From assembly GCF_009914755.1 (NCBI RefSeq), contig NC_060927.1: a stretch of 64,000 bases of DNA; one strand, 5' to 3'. The position numbers were made by a program, and so were the translations under genes. This DNA comes from the human T2T-CHM13v2.0 reference genome, Homo sapiens. The first letter of the stretch is position 1; each line of letters begins with the position of its first letter. Under the pieces are notes generated by a model. The model did not search any database. It saw only the letters and a program-made list of their open reading frames with translations, and had not been told where the DNA came from. Positions 33,135 to 48,307 of this stretch are shown here, piece by piece.

Positions 33135-33341
33135 TACATCCCTTATACTTTATTTGTGATACTTAGAATTTATTATAAAAATTTTAAAAAGACAGGAATT
33201 GGGCTTTCCACAATAATTGAACATCACTTACACTGCATTTTTATGAATCTTTGATAAATGTCTACTTTACTACAAAGCAGTTGTTGGCATGTCTCTCAAT
33301 TTGAAGTGATTTGTGATATTTATAGGTTCACTTTATCACTC

Positions 33342-33440
33342 ATTTATCATTTAACAGAATTTCCTTTTGTAATAATTTCCTTTTATAATAATTCCTTTCC
33401 TTTTAAAAATAATATTTATCATTTAACGGAATTTCCTTTT
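33342..33440. repeat. 27-bp direct repeat with internal sub-repeats
   Basis: ATTTATCATTTAAC(A/G)GAATTTCCTTTT at 33342 and 33414. Confidence 0.9.
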
Positions 33441-34096
33441 CTTAGAGAAAAAGAAGTAAATAATGCATCATGTTTTAATATTATGTGATAATTTCTTTAT
33501 TAAAATAGCAGTGTCATTCTAACTATGGCAGTATAAATTTTATGGCATTTTTTTTTTAACCACAGAAAGTCTTTAAATGAGAAGAAACATATTGGAATCA
33601 CTTTAAACTTTTAGTAAGATTTCAAAGAGCCAGCCATAGGGTCCTGGTGGCATCCTTAGCACCATGGTGTGTAGAAAGCTGACTCTCATGCTGGTGCTCA
33701 GTGAATGCCAAGTCATCATAATAAGGTGCATTGCTGGAACGTGGCAGATGAATCTTCAGGAGGGACAGGCTCAGGAAGCATCTCAAAAGACTCATACTTG
33801 ATACACTTTTCTATATGCTTTATTAAGCATTTTTATATTTTTTGAAAAAAATTCTACTGTAATTTCAAGTGTATTATAATTCCAGTCACTACTTGATACA
33901 ATAAATATGTTTAAAATTTTAGTATTAAAATTTATGTCCTTAATTTATAGACTTTGTCAAGACTCCAAAAATAACTTCAATATATATTTGCATTTAAAAG
34001 TGAAATCCTCTGACAATGTCACACACAATTTTAAATCCAGAATTAAAAGTTTAATATAAAAATGTTAAGATATAGATTATATAATAGCAATAAGTA

Positions 34097-34391
34097 TTTT
34101 TTTTTTTTGAGACAGGACCTTGCTCTGTTACCAAGTGTGGAGTTCTAGAGTGCAGAGGCACAATTATGGCTCACTACAGCCTTGACCTCCTGGGCTCAGG
34201 CCATCCTCCCTTTCACTTCAGCTTCCCAAGTAGCTGGGACTATAGGCATGCACCACTACAGCCAGCTAATTTTTTTAAATTTTGTAAAGATGAGATCTCT
34301 CTATGTTGCCCAGGCTGGTCTCAAACTTCTGGGCTCAAGGCATCCTCTTTCCAAAGTGCTGGGATTACATGTGTGAGCCACCATGTCTGGC
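34097..34391 (-). mobile_element. AluJ
   Basis: Antisense Alu with J diagnostics (CAGCCTTGACCTCCTGGGCTCA, TATGTTGCCCAGGCTGG). Confidence 0.9.
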
Positions 34392-34432
34392 AATAATCAG
34401 TCATTTTAGATTTAATTATAAAAGTTCTTTTA

Positions 34433-34697
<265 letters not shown>

Positions 34698-35594
34698 GTT
34701 GTTTTAATTGGATTTTCATGATGAAAAATAATACTTATATTAGAAAATTGAAATAAATTATTTGCTTCTATAGAAGACAATCAGTGACAACTGCTATGCT
34801 TAGAAATTTTATGACAGGGAAACTTCTACACAATTGTAATAACAAATTTAATGATCCTTTTACTCTCTTTATGTTTTTCTCTTTATTTTATTAAGAACAG
34901 ATCCATATACAACTAAGTAATGTCAGCTAAAGTATGAGATAAAATATGTTAAAATGCAAATATTTAGGAAAGTCTGCCATCAAAGAGAAAAATAGGTATT
35001 TCAGTAGCATTTTTCTCATTGACAGTTCTAGTATTTATCAACTTGTAAAGATGTTTTCCCAAATTAAATAAAAACAATGATTTGTGCCAAAACAAAGAGT
35101 TTTACATACTCACAATCATTTCATTCTTCTAATTGTTTAACACTTGCTGACTACAATAACAGAATCCAGTACTCAGTAAGGGATAGAGCAGATGCCAATC
35201 CAATATTTATTTAGGAAATAACCCTAAGGTGATGACATTCTTAAAAAAAAATGCTTACAATAGTAATTGGGGGAAAAAAAACTATTGAGGACAATATATG
35301 GAAGAAACTAAAGAGTGAAAAAGAGTAAGGGGACTAGGAAGCAGGTGTTATCTCTGATAATGGTAAATCTTGCCTTGAACTACAATATAAAATAACTCTG
35401 AAACAATAAAATTATAGGAATATGGCAAAGAAACACAGGACAAATTCAATGCATTTCCTTGCTAGAACATTCATAGATGATAACATGCCTAAAGAGAGAT
35501 CATTATGCATTCTTCCCAGAACAATACGTGTATAAAGGGATCTAATTCAATCTCAATTTTGTGTCCTTGAGGAAGAGAAGTCTCAGTATGGAGG

Positions 35595-37974
35595 TGTATT
35601 AGTTTATTTTCACACTGGTAATAAAGATGTACTTGAGACTGGGTAACTCATAAAAGAAAGAGGTTTAATTGACTCACAGTTCCACGTGGCTGGGGCAGCC
35701 TCACAATCATGGCAGAAGGCAAATGAGGAGCAAAGTCACGTTTTACATGGCAGCAGGCAAGACAACTTGTCTAAGGGAACTCCCCTTTATAAAACCATCA
35801 GATCTTGTGAGATTTATTCACTATCATGAGAACAGCACAAGAAAGATCCACCCCATGATTCAATTACCTTTCACTTGGTGCCCCCCACAACACATGGGAA
35901 TTGTGGGAGCTACAGTTCAAGATGAGATTTGGGTGGACACAGAGCCAAACCATATCATTCCACCCTGGCCCCTCCCAAATCTCATATCCTTCCCAACAGT
36001 CCCCCAAATCTTAACTCATTTCAGCATTAACTCAAAAGTCCCCAGTCCAAAGTCTCAACTGAGAGAAAGCAAATCCCTCCCACCTATGAGCTTGTAAAAT
36101 TAAAAGCAAGTTAGTTACTTCCCAGATACAACAGGGGTATAGGCAATGGATAAATACACCCATTCCAAATGGGAGAAATTGGCCAAAACAAAGGGGCTAC
36201 TTTGTGCAGTCTGAGGACTTGGTACCGTGTGTCCCAGCCATGGCTAAAAGGGGCCAATGTAGAACCCAGGCCATTGCTTCAGAGAGTTCAGGTCCCAAGC
36301 CTTGGCATTTTACATGTGGTGTTGGATTTTGCAGTCCAAAATCCAGCTGGACAGTCAAATCTTAAAGCTACAAATGATCCCCTTTGACTCCATGTCTCAC
36401 ATCTAGGTCACACTGATGCAAGACGTGGGTTCCTATGGTCTTTGGCAGCTCTGCCACTGTGGCTTTGCAGAGTACAGGCCCCTCTCCTGGCTGTTTTCAT
36501 GGGCTGGCATTGAGTTTCTTTGGATTTTCCAGGTCACAGTGCAAGCTGTCCATGGATCTACTATTCTGCAGTTTAAAAGACAGTGGCCCTTTTCTAATAG
36601 CTCCAATTTGCACCCCACATTTCCCTTCCACACTACCTAGCAGAGCTTCTCCATGAGGGCTCTGCCCCGGCAGCACACCTCTGCCTGGACATTCAGGTGT
36701 TTCCATGCATCCTCTGAAATCTAAGCAGAGATTCCAAAACCTCAATTCTTGATTTCTGTGCACCCACAAGCCCAACACCACATGTAAAATGCTAAGGTTT
36801 GGGACCTGAACTCTCTGAAGCAATGGCCTGGGTTCTACATTGGCCCCTTTTAGCCATGGCTGGGACACACGGTACCAAGTCCTCAGACTGCACAAAGCAG
36901 CGAGGTCCTGGGTCTGGCACATGAAACCATTTTTTTCCTCCTAGGCCTCCAGCTTGTGATGGGAGGGACTGCTGTGAAGACTTCAGACATGCACTGGAGA
37001 CATTTTCCCCATTGTCTTGACTTAACATTTGACTTCTCGTTACTTATGCAAATTTCTGCAGCCAGCTTGAATTTCTCCTCAGAAAATGAGTTTTTCTTCT
37101 CTATCACATCGTCAGGCTACAAATTTTCCAAACTTTTATACTCTGCTTCCCTTTTAAACATGAGTTCCAATTCCAAACTGTAACTTCGTGAATACGTAAA
37201 ACTGAATGTTTTTAACACCACCCAAGTCACCTCTTGAATGCTTTGAGGCTTAGAATTTTCTTCTACCAGATGCCTTAAGTCATCTCCCTCAAGTTCAAAG
37301 TTTCACATATCTCTACAGCAAGGGCAAAATGCCAAGATCTTTGCTAAAACATAGCAAGGGTCACCTTTGCTGCAGTTCCCAGCAAGTTCCTCACCTCCAT
37401 CTGAGACCACTTCAGCGTGGACTTTACTGTCCATATCACTATCAGCATTTTGGTCAAAGCCATTCAAAAGGTTTCCAGAAATTTCCAAACTTTCCCACAT
37501 CTTCCTGTCTTCTGAGCCCTCCAAACTGTTCCAACCTATGCCTGTTATTACAAAGTTCCAAAGTCACTTCTACATTTTTGGGTATCTTTACAGCAGCACC
37601 CCACTCTACAGGTACCAATTTACGCATTAGTATGTTCTCATGCTGCTAATAAAGACATACCTGAGTCTGGGTAATTCATTAAAAAAAAGGTTTAATGAAC
37701 TCACAATTCCACAGGGCTGGGGAAGCCTCACAATCATGGCAGAAGGCAAAGGAGAAGTAGAGTCACGTCTTACATGCAGGCAGACAAGGGAGCTTGTGTA
37801 GGGGAACTCTCCTTTATAAAACCATCAGATCTGATGAGACTTATTCACTATCACAAGAAAGTCCCACTCCCATGATTCAATTACTTCCCACCACATCCCT
37901 CCCACAACACATGGGAATAATGGGAGCTACAATTCAAGATGAGATTTGGGTGGGGACACAGCCAAACAATATCA
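35595..37974 (-). mobile_element. Complete THE1B MaLR element (LTR 35595-35957, internal region, LTR 37623-37974)
   Basis: Two same-orientation THE1 LTRs flanking THE1-int; TSD GGAGG/GGAAG. Confidence 0.93.
36200..36897. repeat. 126-bp inverted repeat (36200-36325 vs 36772-36897)
   Basis: Manual alignment 124/126; same peptide LCSLRTWYRVSQPWLKGANVEPRPLLQRVQVP appears in ORFs on opposite strands. Confidence 0.95.
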
Positions 37975-38079
37975 GGAAGTGAGGATTAAAATATAATACA
38001 GAGGAGATTATGCAAAAGAAATCTATAGTCCTGAATTTGAATACGAAATAACAATATGCATTCAAATGCAGAAGTATAA

Positions 38080-39560
<1,481 letters not shown>

Positions 39561-39697
39561 TACAAAAAGTTTTGGTGGTATAATTCCTACCTAATTTTAG
39601 AGTATAATGATACTATACTAAACAAAATAATAATAATTTTTAAAAAAAAACAGAAAAGCTTTACTTCTTTTAGAAGAAGAAAATAACTAAAATAACT

Positions 39698-40041
39698 TTA
39701 TATGGTTTGGCTCTGTGTACCCACCCTAATCTCATCTCAAATTGTAGTTGAGGGAGGGAGGCGATTGGATCATGGGGGCAGTTTTCCCCATGCTGTTTTC
39801 ATGATAGTGAAAGAGTTCTCATGAGATCTAATGGTTTTATAAATTTTTGGAAGCTCCTCCTCCAGGCTTCTGTCACCTGCTGCCATGTAAGACATGTCTG
39901 CTTTCCCGTCCACCATGATTGTAAGTTTCTTGAGGCCTCCCCAGCCATGTGGAACTGTGAGTCAATTAAACCTTTTTTTTTTTTTTAATAAATTACCCAG
40001 TCTCCGGCATTTTTATAGCAGTGTGAAAATGGTCTAATACA
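39698..40041 (+). mobile_element. THE1D-like solo LTR
   Basis: ATATGGTTTGGCTCTGTG...GATTGTAAGTTTCTTGAGGCC...CTAATACA; TSD TAACT/TAAGT. Confidence 0.87.
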
Positions 40042-41377
40042 TAAGTCATCATGATGAAATAAGTAAAATAAAGTCCAACATTTGTATTTGTTTTTGAAAG
40101 AAATATAGAGCTTACTTATGAAATAAAATGAAAACCACAAAATTCAATGTTGCTATAAAGACTGGTTAGTCAAAATCATTTAACAAGAATGTTGTGTTCA
40201 TTGCCTATTTGGGAGCTCTTTTTGTATTATATGAGGCTGTTTATGTTTTTTATCACTTACTGAACTAAATGATCCTCTGCAAATAGAATATGTGATGTTT
40301 AAAATAATCTTAAAATGTTTTATATGGATTAAGAAAAAAAGAAAGCACTTCAACAATTGGAAAATCAAAATGTATAAATCAATACATAAGAAGCTTTTCT
40401 GCTTCAGTTAAATATATTTTGTTAAACCACATACAAGAGGATCTACGACTAAAATAAAGACCAAAAAATACTTATAAGTTAACCAATGGGCACCAGATGG
40501 TGATAGGCAACAGCTATTGTTTTCTGTTGATACAGATACTGGTTTAAAAGAAAACTTTGAAAAATGATACTTGTTTTGATTTAGCACAGTTTTACACATA
40601 ATTTTGAATATTAACAGTATTTTATAGGTCTCAAAAACAGTGTATTGTTGAAATTTAGTAAGTGCTAACACCTGCAGCAAAATAACACAATACACTTCTA
40701 GGATTTTTAAAGAAAATAAATATCAGTTTTCTGAATTTGACCTCATAAAAATCTAATTATTCCAAACTTTCTATTTATATGAACACATAAGCAAAGTGTT
40801 TTATTTTAAAATCACAATCATGGCAACATTTGGCAAGCACATATAAGGGCTCACATTACAGTTAAAACAAAGAGGCAACTTTAAGCCCTTTAGGCTTTTG
40901 TAGCTAAGAGACCAAATAGGGAAAAATTTTAAATATGAAAGAATGAAGTTTGTTCTAAACAAATTACAATTATGTAAGATTTACGCAGCTCAAATTATTA
41001 TTGGTTTCCTTTAAATCTAAAAGTGTGTGTGTGTGTGTGTGTGTAGTATGAATTTGTAAATTATATAGATAATGCATTTGGAATACATACTGCTTTAAGA
41101 ATACTTCAAGGTAATTCTTTAATCTTTCTGGGATCTATGACATAATACATCCTAGGAATTTAACTATTTAAGTTTAAAAAGTATCATTGTTATTTTGCAC
41201 ATCACCCTAGTAACCATTTCAGGTATTTTTTTTTTTAATGACTTCACATCTGTTACAAAAGCCTCATGGCTAACAGTCATCTCACCATCTCCACACACTT
41301 CCAGATTTCCTTACTTTATCTGTTAATCTAATGTTCTTTAATGGCTTTCTTGCTATTTCCTTGCTTGAGAACCTAAC

Positions 41378-41649
41378 TTTTTATTTTATTTTATTTTTTT
41401 AAGACCAAGTCTCAAAGTTGTCACCCGGTTTGGAGTGCAGTGGCACGATCTTGGCTCACTGCAACCTCTGATTCCTGGGTTTCAGCAATTCTCCTGCCTC
41501 AGCCTCCTAAGGCGTCTGCAACCATGCCTGGCTAATTACTATTATTATTATTATTTTTAGTAAAGACAGGGTTTCACCATGTTGGCCAGGCTAGTCTCAA
41601 ACTCCTGACCTCAGGTGATTCACCCTCCTCAGCCTACCGAAGTGCTGGG
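41378..41649 (-). mobile_element. AluS, 5'-truncated with a small internal deletion
   Basis: CCTGACCTCAGGTGAT; TSD GAGAA(C/T)CTAA(C/A)TTTT. Confidence 0.88.
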
Positions 41650-41689
41650 GAGAATCTAAATTTTAAATACAAATTTGAAAACTTTTCAG

Positions 41690-42455
41690 TCATTCTTCAC
41701 TCATCGTTTCAACATTCATCTCAGTGTTCCAAGCACTGACACAGGGATATAAAGATTAAATAGACTATTCAAATGGCAACAAAAAATAACAATGACAATA
41801 TAATGTGGTGAGTATTCTGATGGTGCAGAGTGATATTATAGAATTGCAAAACCTAAGAACCTAGTCCATATTTGGGAGATAAGTGTGCTGGTAAGGCTGA
41901 AGGCAAGTCAAAGGACGCTTCTGATGAAATCAGAAAATGCCTGCACCTCTAAGAAATCATAATTTTATTCTGAAGGTTTCAGGAGGTTAGTGAAATGTTT
42001 TAAACAAGGGAGTAACATGATCCAATTAACAATTTAGAAACATCACTAAAGCTACAATGTGGCAAATAAACTGAAGCGATCAAAACAGGAGACAGGAAGA
42101 CCAGTAAGGAGGCTAATGCTGTAATTTAAAGAAGAAAAATTGTGAGACATAAACGAAGAAAATAATACTGGGAATAAGAAAAGAGAAAAGAGTCAAAAGG
42201 TAAGTAAAACAGAATTGTTAAGATTTTATTGCACATTAACCACAGAGATAAAAGAGACCCCAGGTTTTAACAATGTGTGAGCGTAAGGGTATGGGTTAAC
42301 TGAGACAGTGAATAAAGGAGGAAAAGCATATTAGTTGAGCATGAGCTCAGTTTGGAACACATCCAAATTACCTATGGAACAGTCAAGGAGAAATGTCTAA
42401 TAGGAGACTAATCGCTCCTCCCTCTCTCTTCTCTCTGTCTGTCTCTTTCTCATAA

Positions 42456-42505
<50 letters not shown>

Positions 42506-43160
42506 GAAGAGTCATTGCAGTATGGTCCCTGAAATCATACAGTTAGAAACATTATTACTTAAAGTGGAAAAAAATCTAATCCCAAATGTACAGTAGGAGT
42601 AGTCAGAAAGATGAGAAGAAAGCCAAGAGAATATGAGACTATGATATCACATAAGCTCAGATAAATTAGTTTATAATAGTAAGGAGTGACCAGTGACCAA
42701 CTGAGAAAAAATTCTTTAGAGACATCAATATAAAAACTGGAAAAGAAGAGTGACTATTTATTATCAGTGATTTTGGCAAGAGCTATTTTAATTGCCTGGT
42801 TGAAGAGGAAACCAGGTGGCAATAAATTTAAAAATGTATAGACAATTACAACATGAAAAGTGCAAATGTTGTCAACCCTTTCAAGGAGAGAGACAGGTCA
42901 ACAACAGAAGGCAGATCGGTAACTTTGTCTAAGGAAGATATTTTTAAGCAGGAGCTATATCTGAGAATGTAGAGCCAATGGAGAGATAGAGCGGGAGAGA
43001 GGGATTAAATAAACAGGAGAGAGGAAGGAAATGATTAAGTTTCCTGATGAGTTAAGAGGAGATGGGATCTGCAGCTGAAGTTGGGAAAGAAGCATCAGAG
43101 AAAACGAAGATTATCTCTTTCACTAAAAATGCAGAAAGTGTAGTAAAAATGAATGTGTAT
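41690..43160 (-). mobile_element. L2 fragments
   Basis: GTTTTAAACAAGGGAGTAACATGATC...GGAAGACCAGTAAGGAGGCT and further antisense L2 motifs. Confidence 0.65.
42421..42505. repeat. (CT)n and (TA)n microsatellite
   Basis: Direct reading. Confidence 0.95.
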
Positions 43161-44072
43161 AACAATATGGCAGTGATGGTTTCTTCTTCCCAATGCACTC
43201 TCACCAGGGAATAGAAAGAAATTAAAAGACATGTAGTAATTATTCAGTTATAACTTTAGAAAAAGAAGCAAAAGTCACATCTCCTGGCATCTGTGTGCTG
43301 TGAAGTCAGAAAGTCAACCCTCAAAGACACTTGTAGACTTGCCAATAAATTAAATGAAACTATTCATGTAAATGGGTAAGAAATACATTTTAAAAGTTTG
43401 GTGTTGCTCAATTATGCTCACTCTACTATAAGCTATGCTTAAAATACTAACTTAGTAAAATAATCTCTTTGAATAATAGGATTACTCATTCAGTGTATGA
43501 CATAGCAAAAGACACAAAGCAAAACTGGTCAGGTCCTGTGTAGAAAACTGCAAAAGATGAGAGAAATAAACTTGCTACAGGGAGCTAGGAAATGGCTTGA
43601 TACCTAGTCAACATGATGTAGGAAGCCACTATGAGCACTGAAGTAAGAAAAAAAACAAAATCCTTGTCATGTAGTAATAGGTAACAAGCTTTGAGTCTAC
43701 ATTAATATCTAACACTCTTCATCCTTGGGTGAATTCTTGGGCTTGAACAATGAGGCTGAATGATTTTTGAGACATAGGTTATAATCCCATGACTGTAGCT
43801 TTGAACATATATTTTTCATGTCAGGATCAGAGAAGCACCCTATTTGTAGCAGGACTTGTACTTTGGTTCTGGTAATATTCTATCTTCGTCCATTCCCGTA
43901 CTCTGAAACAAGGCCATCTGGAGCTTTCTACCAATGGAAGAGAAGAAATGACAGCTAAGTGAGAAATGACTAAGGATAATCTGCGTTTCCCAGCCTGACA
44001 TTTAAGTTTCCTCCTTAAAGAATGTCTGAATGATTTGACTTTTCTCCCTCCAATACATAAAAACTGAGACAT

Positions 44073-45028
<956 letters not shown>

Positions 45029-45159
45029 TAAAAACCGAGACATTCAGAATAATCTAAAATTGGTTGATTAAATAGGGTAGACTTAATTTTTAAAATGGCC
45101 ACAATGCATCTTTTCTTGGAAGTGTTTTCATTCTTATCTCAATGTTTAATTGAATAGGA

Positions 45160-48100
45160 TAGAGACTTTCTATTTCAGTCATGAAAGAGTAAACATACTT
45201 TACCGTCTCTCACAACAAGTGGTATAAAATCTGGACAGAATGCATTGAACATCTATTTTAGGACTCTGAAATGTAAATAGTAGTAAGTACATTGGTGAAG
45301 AAGACCAAAATAAGAGATACCTTTAAAATGGCAATAAATTTACCTTATTTTTTCCTTTCTAGTATCTATCAGGCTGAGCTCAACATAATCTGAAACATGA
45401 AGTGGACACTACTGGCACAGACAGAGAGTTCTAAATCAAACTCTCTAATTTTGGTGTAAGGAATGGGGAAAGATCCTTTAATGCTCAGAGATGGTGGGAA
45501 AAGTTCTCTGTATTTTTGTTTATTTTTTTCCTCTTTTCCCTCATTCTCTCGAATGTAAGAAGTGGTGACGTTGACAGTGGTGCAAACCTGTAGTAGCCTA
45601 AAATTTTATTAAAAATAAACCTTTTTCTATTATCAGCATTATTTAAATGGAGCAAATTTCCTTTTTTGTTATTGTTCCTTCTCTGTCATTTTAAGACATG
45701 GCACAGTTATAGTAAGTGCACCAAAGAACAGGGTAAATAAAACATCAGCTTCCTGGTCAGAAAACCAAAAATGGGAGCCATAGGAACGAAAAGATACCAG
45801 GAGATTGTGCTAAAAGTTGGAAAAGGAGCGTCCAAGAGGAAATAAATCCCAAAAAAGGGTTATTTATAATCTAGGCTTACCCCTGAGCTGTACATGTGTG
45901 GATCTGATGCCATTCAGGGCACTAAGTACTTTGATAATTGAACTAACATATAAGGCTATAGCCTAGCTCTGACATTGGCTATGGGTGACACACATGAAAA
46001 AACCTGCAAAACACTACAAAGTCTTTAAAAACAGAATTTACAGTGAACCACAATTCACAGAGCCTCGATAGAATTTATGCCTTAAATGGAACCAGGTCAA
46101 TCACCTGCAAAAAAAAAAAAAGGCAACATTTTATATAAGATTGAAATAAGACCTAAAATCCAGTAACACAATATTCAAAATATTCATGGTCCAATAAAAA
46201 TGACTTGGCATACAAAGAATGAGTAGAATTCGAACTGGATTGATAAAACTCAATCAACAGACACCAACACAGGAAAAAAGACAGAAATTAGAATAATATA
46301 CGAATCAGCTATTATGACTGTACTCCAAAGGCAATCACTCTAAACAAACAGAAAGACAGAGAAAATCAGCAAATGAATAGAAGGTATAGAAAACATACCA
46401 AGGGAAATTTTAGAATTGAAAACTACAGTTACTTAAATAAAACATCCACGTAATGGGCTCAGTAGCAGAAAAATATAACAGGAAAGTCAGTGGACTTTGA
46501 AAACAGATTAGTACAAAGTCAATGAAAAATTTAACAGAGGAAAGTCAGTGAACTTTGAAAACATATCAGTAGAAAGTGTTCAAGCTGAACAACAATAAGA
46601 AAAAACTCAAAAAAGAGACTGGGTCTGAGACTGTAAGATCTTACGAAAAAGTAAAATATGTGTTTTACTGAAGTTCCAGAAGGATACAAGATAGAGTAAA
46701 ATCCAGATAAAAATATTTGAGGAAATAATTACTAACAAATTCCTAAATTTGCAAAACACATAAAGCTACATATTTGAGAATCTTGGTACATCCCAACAGA
46801 GTAAACCCAAAAAGCAAACACTAACCTATACATATTTTATTAAACTGCTGGAAACTGAAGACAGAAGAAAAATAGTCTTGAAAACAGCTTTTAAAATGAC
46901 ATATTAATGATAAGGAAATAAGGATTTGAGTAGCTTCAGAATTCACATCATAAATGGTAGCGATTAGAAGAATGTGGAACAATGTTTTTAAAGTGGTGAA
47001 AGGAAAAAAACCTCAAGCCAAAATTTTATATTCAGCAAAAACATCTTTCAGGAATAAATGGAAAAGTAGAAAAAAACTAAGATTTAGTCATCAGGCTTAT
47101 TCTAAAAGAACTGCTCAATATAGATAGTTTTTCAGGCATAAGGGAAATGATGCCAGAAGAAAACTTGTAGTATCAAAAATAAAGTAAGAACAAACGGTAT
47201 TTGTCTGCATAAATAGAATATTCTTCTCCTATTAAGTTTTTAAAATATGAAAGTAAATAGCTATCAAAAATGATATTATTTTTGAGGTTTTCATATATAG
47301 ATGAAATACATAAAACAACTCCAATTTGGGGGAGAGCGAGTAAAGCACTTTACAGTAGTATTTTCTACATTTCGCTTCAAATGGTAAAATATTGATTCTA
47401 GTTAGTAAAAAGTTAAATTTCTATATTGTAACCCCTAGAACACCCATAAAAAATCAGTGATGATGATGATGATGATAGACAGATAGATAGATAGATAGAC
47501 AGTAAAAAATACAATAGACAAATTTAAATGGAGTATTTTTTAAATGATTAAGTAACCCTAAAGGTGGCAGTAAAGAAGAAACAGAAGAATAAAAGTGGAG
47601 TGATCAAGCACAAGATAAAATTACAGACAAAATTTCAAATATATAAAATTACATTAAATCTAAATGGTCTGACTATATATAAATGTATAAAAGATCAATA
47701 GAATATTTTTAATGATCCAAAATGCTGTCTACAAGAAATTTACTTCAACTATAATACTAGAGGTAAATTAAAATTACAAGGAAGATAAAAAACTATACCA
47801 TTTACGCTCAAATTCAAAGAAGCCAGAGTGAATAGATTAATGTCAGATAAAGTACACCTTGCAACAAAGGATTACCAGGGATAAGGATGGACATTACAAA
47901 ATGACAAAAAGAGTCAATTCACCAAGGAGACATAAAAATCCTTTAGGTGGATGCACATGAAAACACAGCTTTAAAACACATGAAGCGAAAAAGTGCCAGA
48001 ACTAAAAAGAGAAATGGGTAAATGCACAATGATAGGGACTTCAGGACACTTTTGTCAGCAACTAATAATATCAGCAAGAATATAGAAGAACTAGACAACA

Positions 48101-48306
48101 CTACCAACCAAACAAATCTAAATGATATTTATATAACACTCCACCCAACAACAGCAGAAGAAACATTTGTTTCAAGTGTACATGAAATATTTACCAAGAT
48201 AAATCATGCCCTGAGTCATAAAACAAATCTTAATGAGTTTAAAAGAATTTAAATCAAACCAAATATGTTCTCCAAACATAATAAACTAGATTAGAAATTA
48301 ATAATG
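45160..48306 (+). mobile_element. Old L1M 5' UTR, ORF1 and ORF2 endonuclease region (resumes at 52896)
   Basis: Degenerate ORF1 and endonuclease peptide (DFRTLLS...LNDIYITLHPTTAE...KINHALSHKTNLN). Confidence 0.75.
47457..47502. repeat. (GAT)n(GATA)n compound microsatellite
   Basis: Direct reading. Confidence 0.92.
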
Positions 48307-48307
48307 A

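Noticed and set aside
43838-43927. Minus-strand exon candidate
   Set aside because: Acceptor is plausible but there is no good donor (GTGCTT); not listed as a feature
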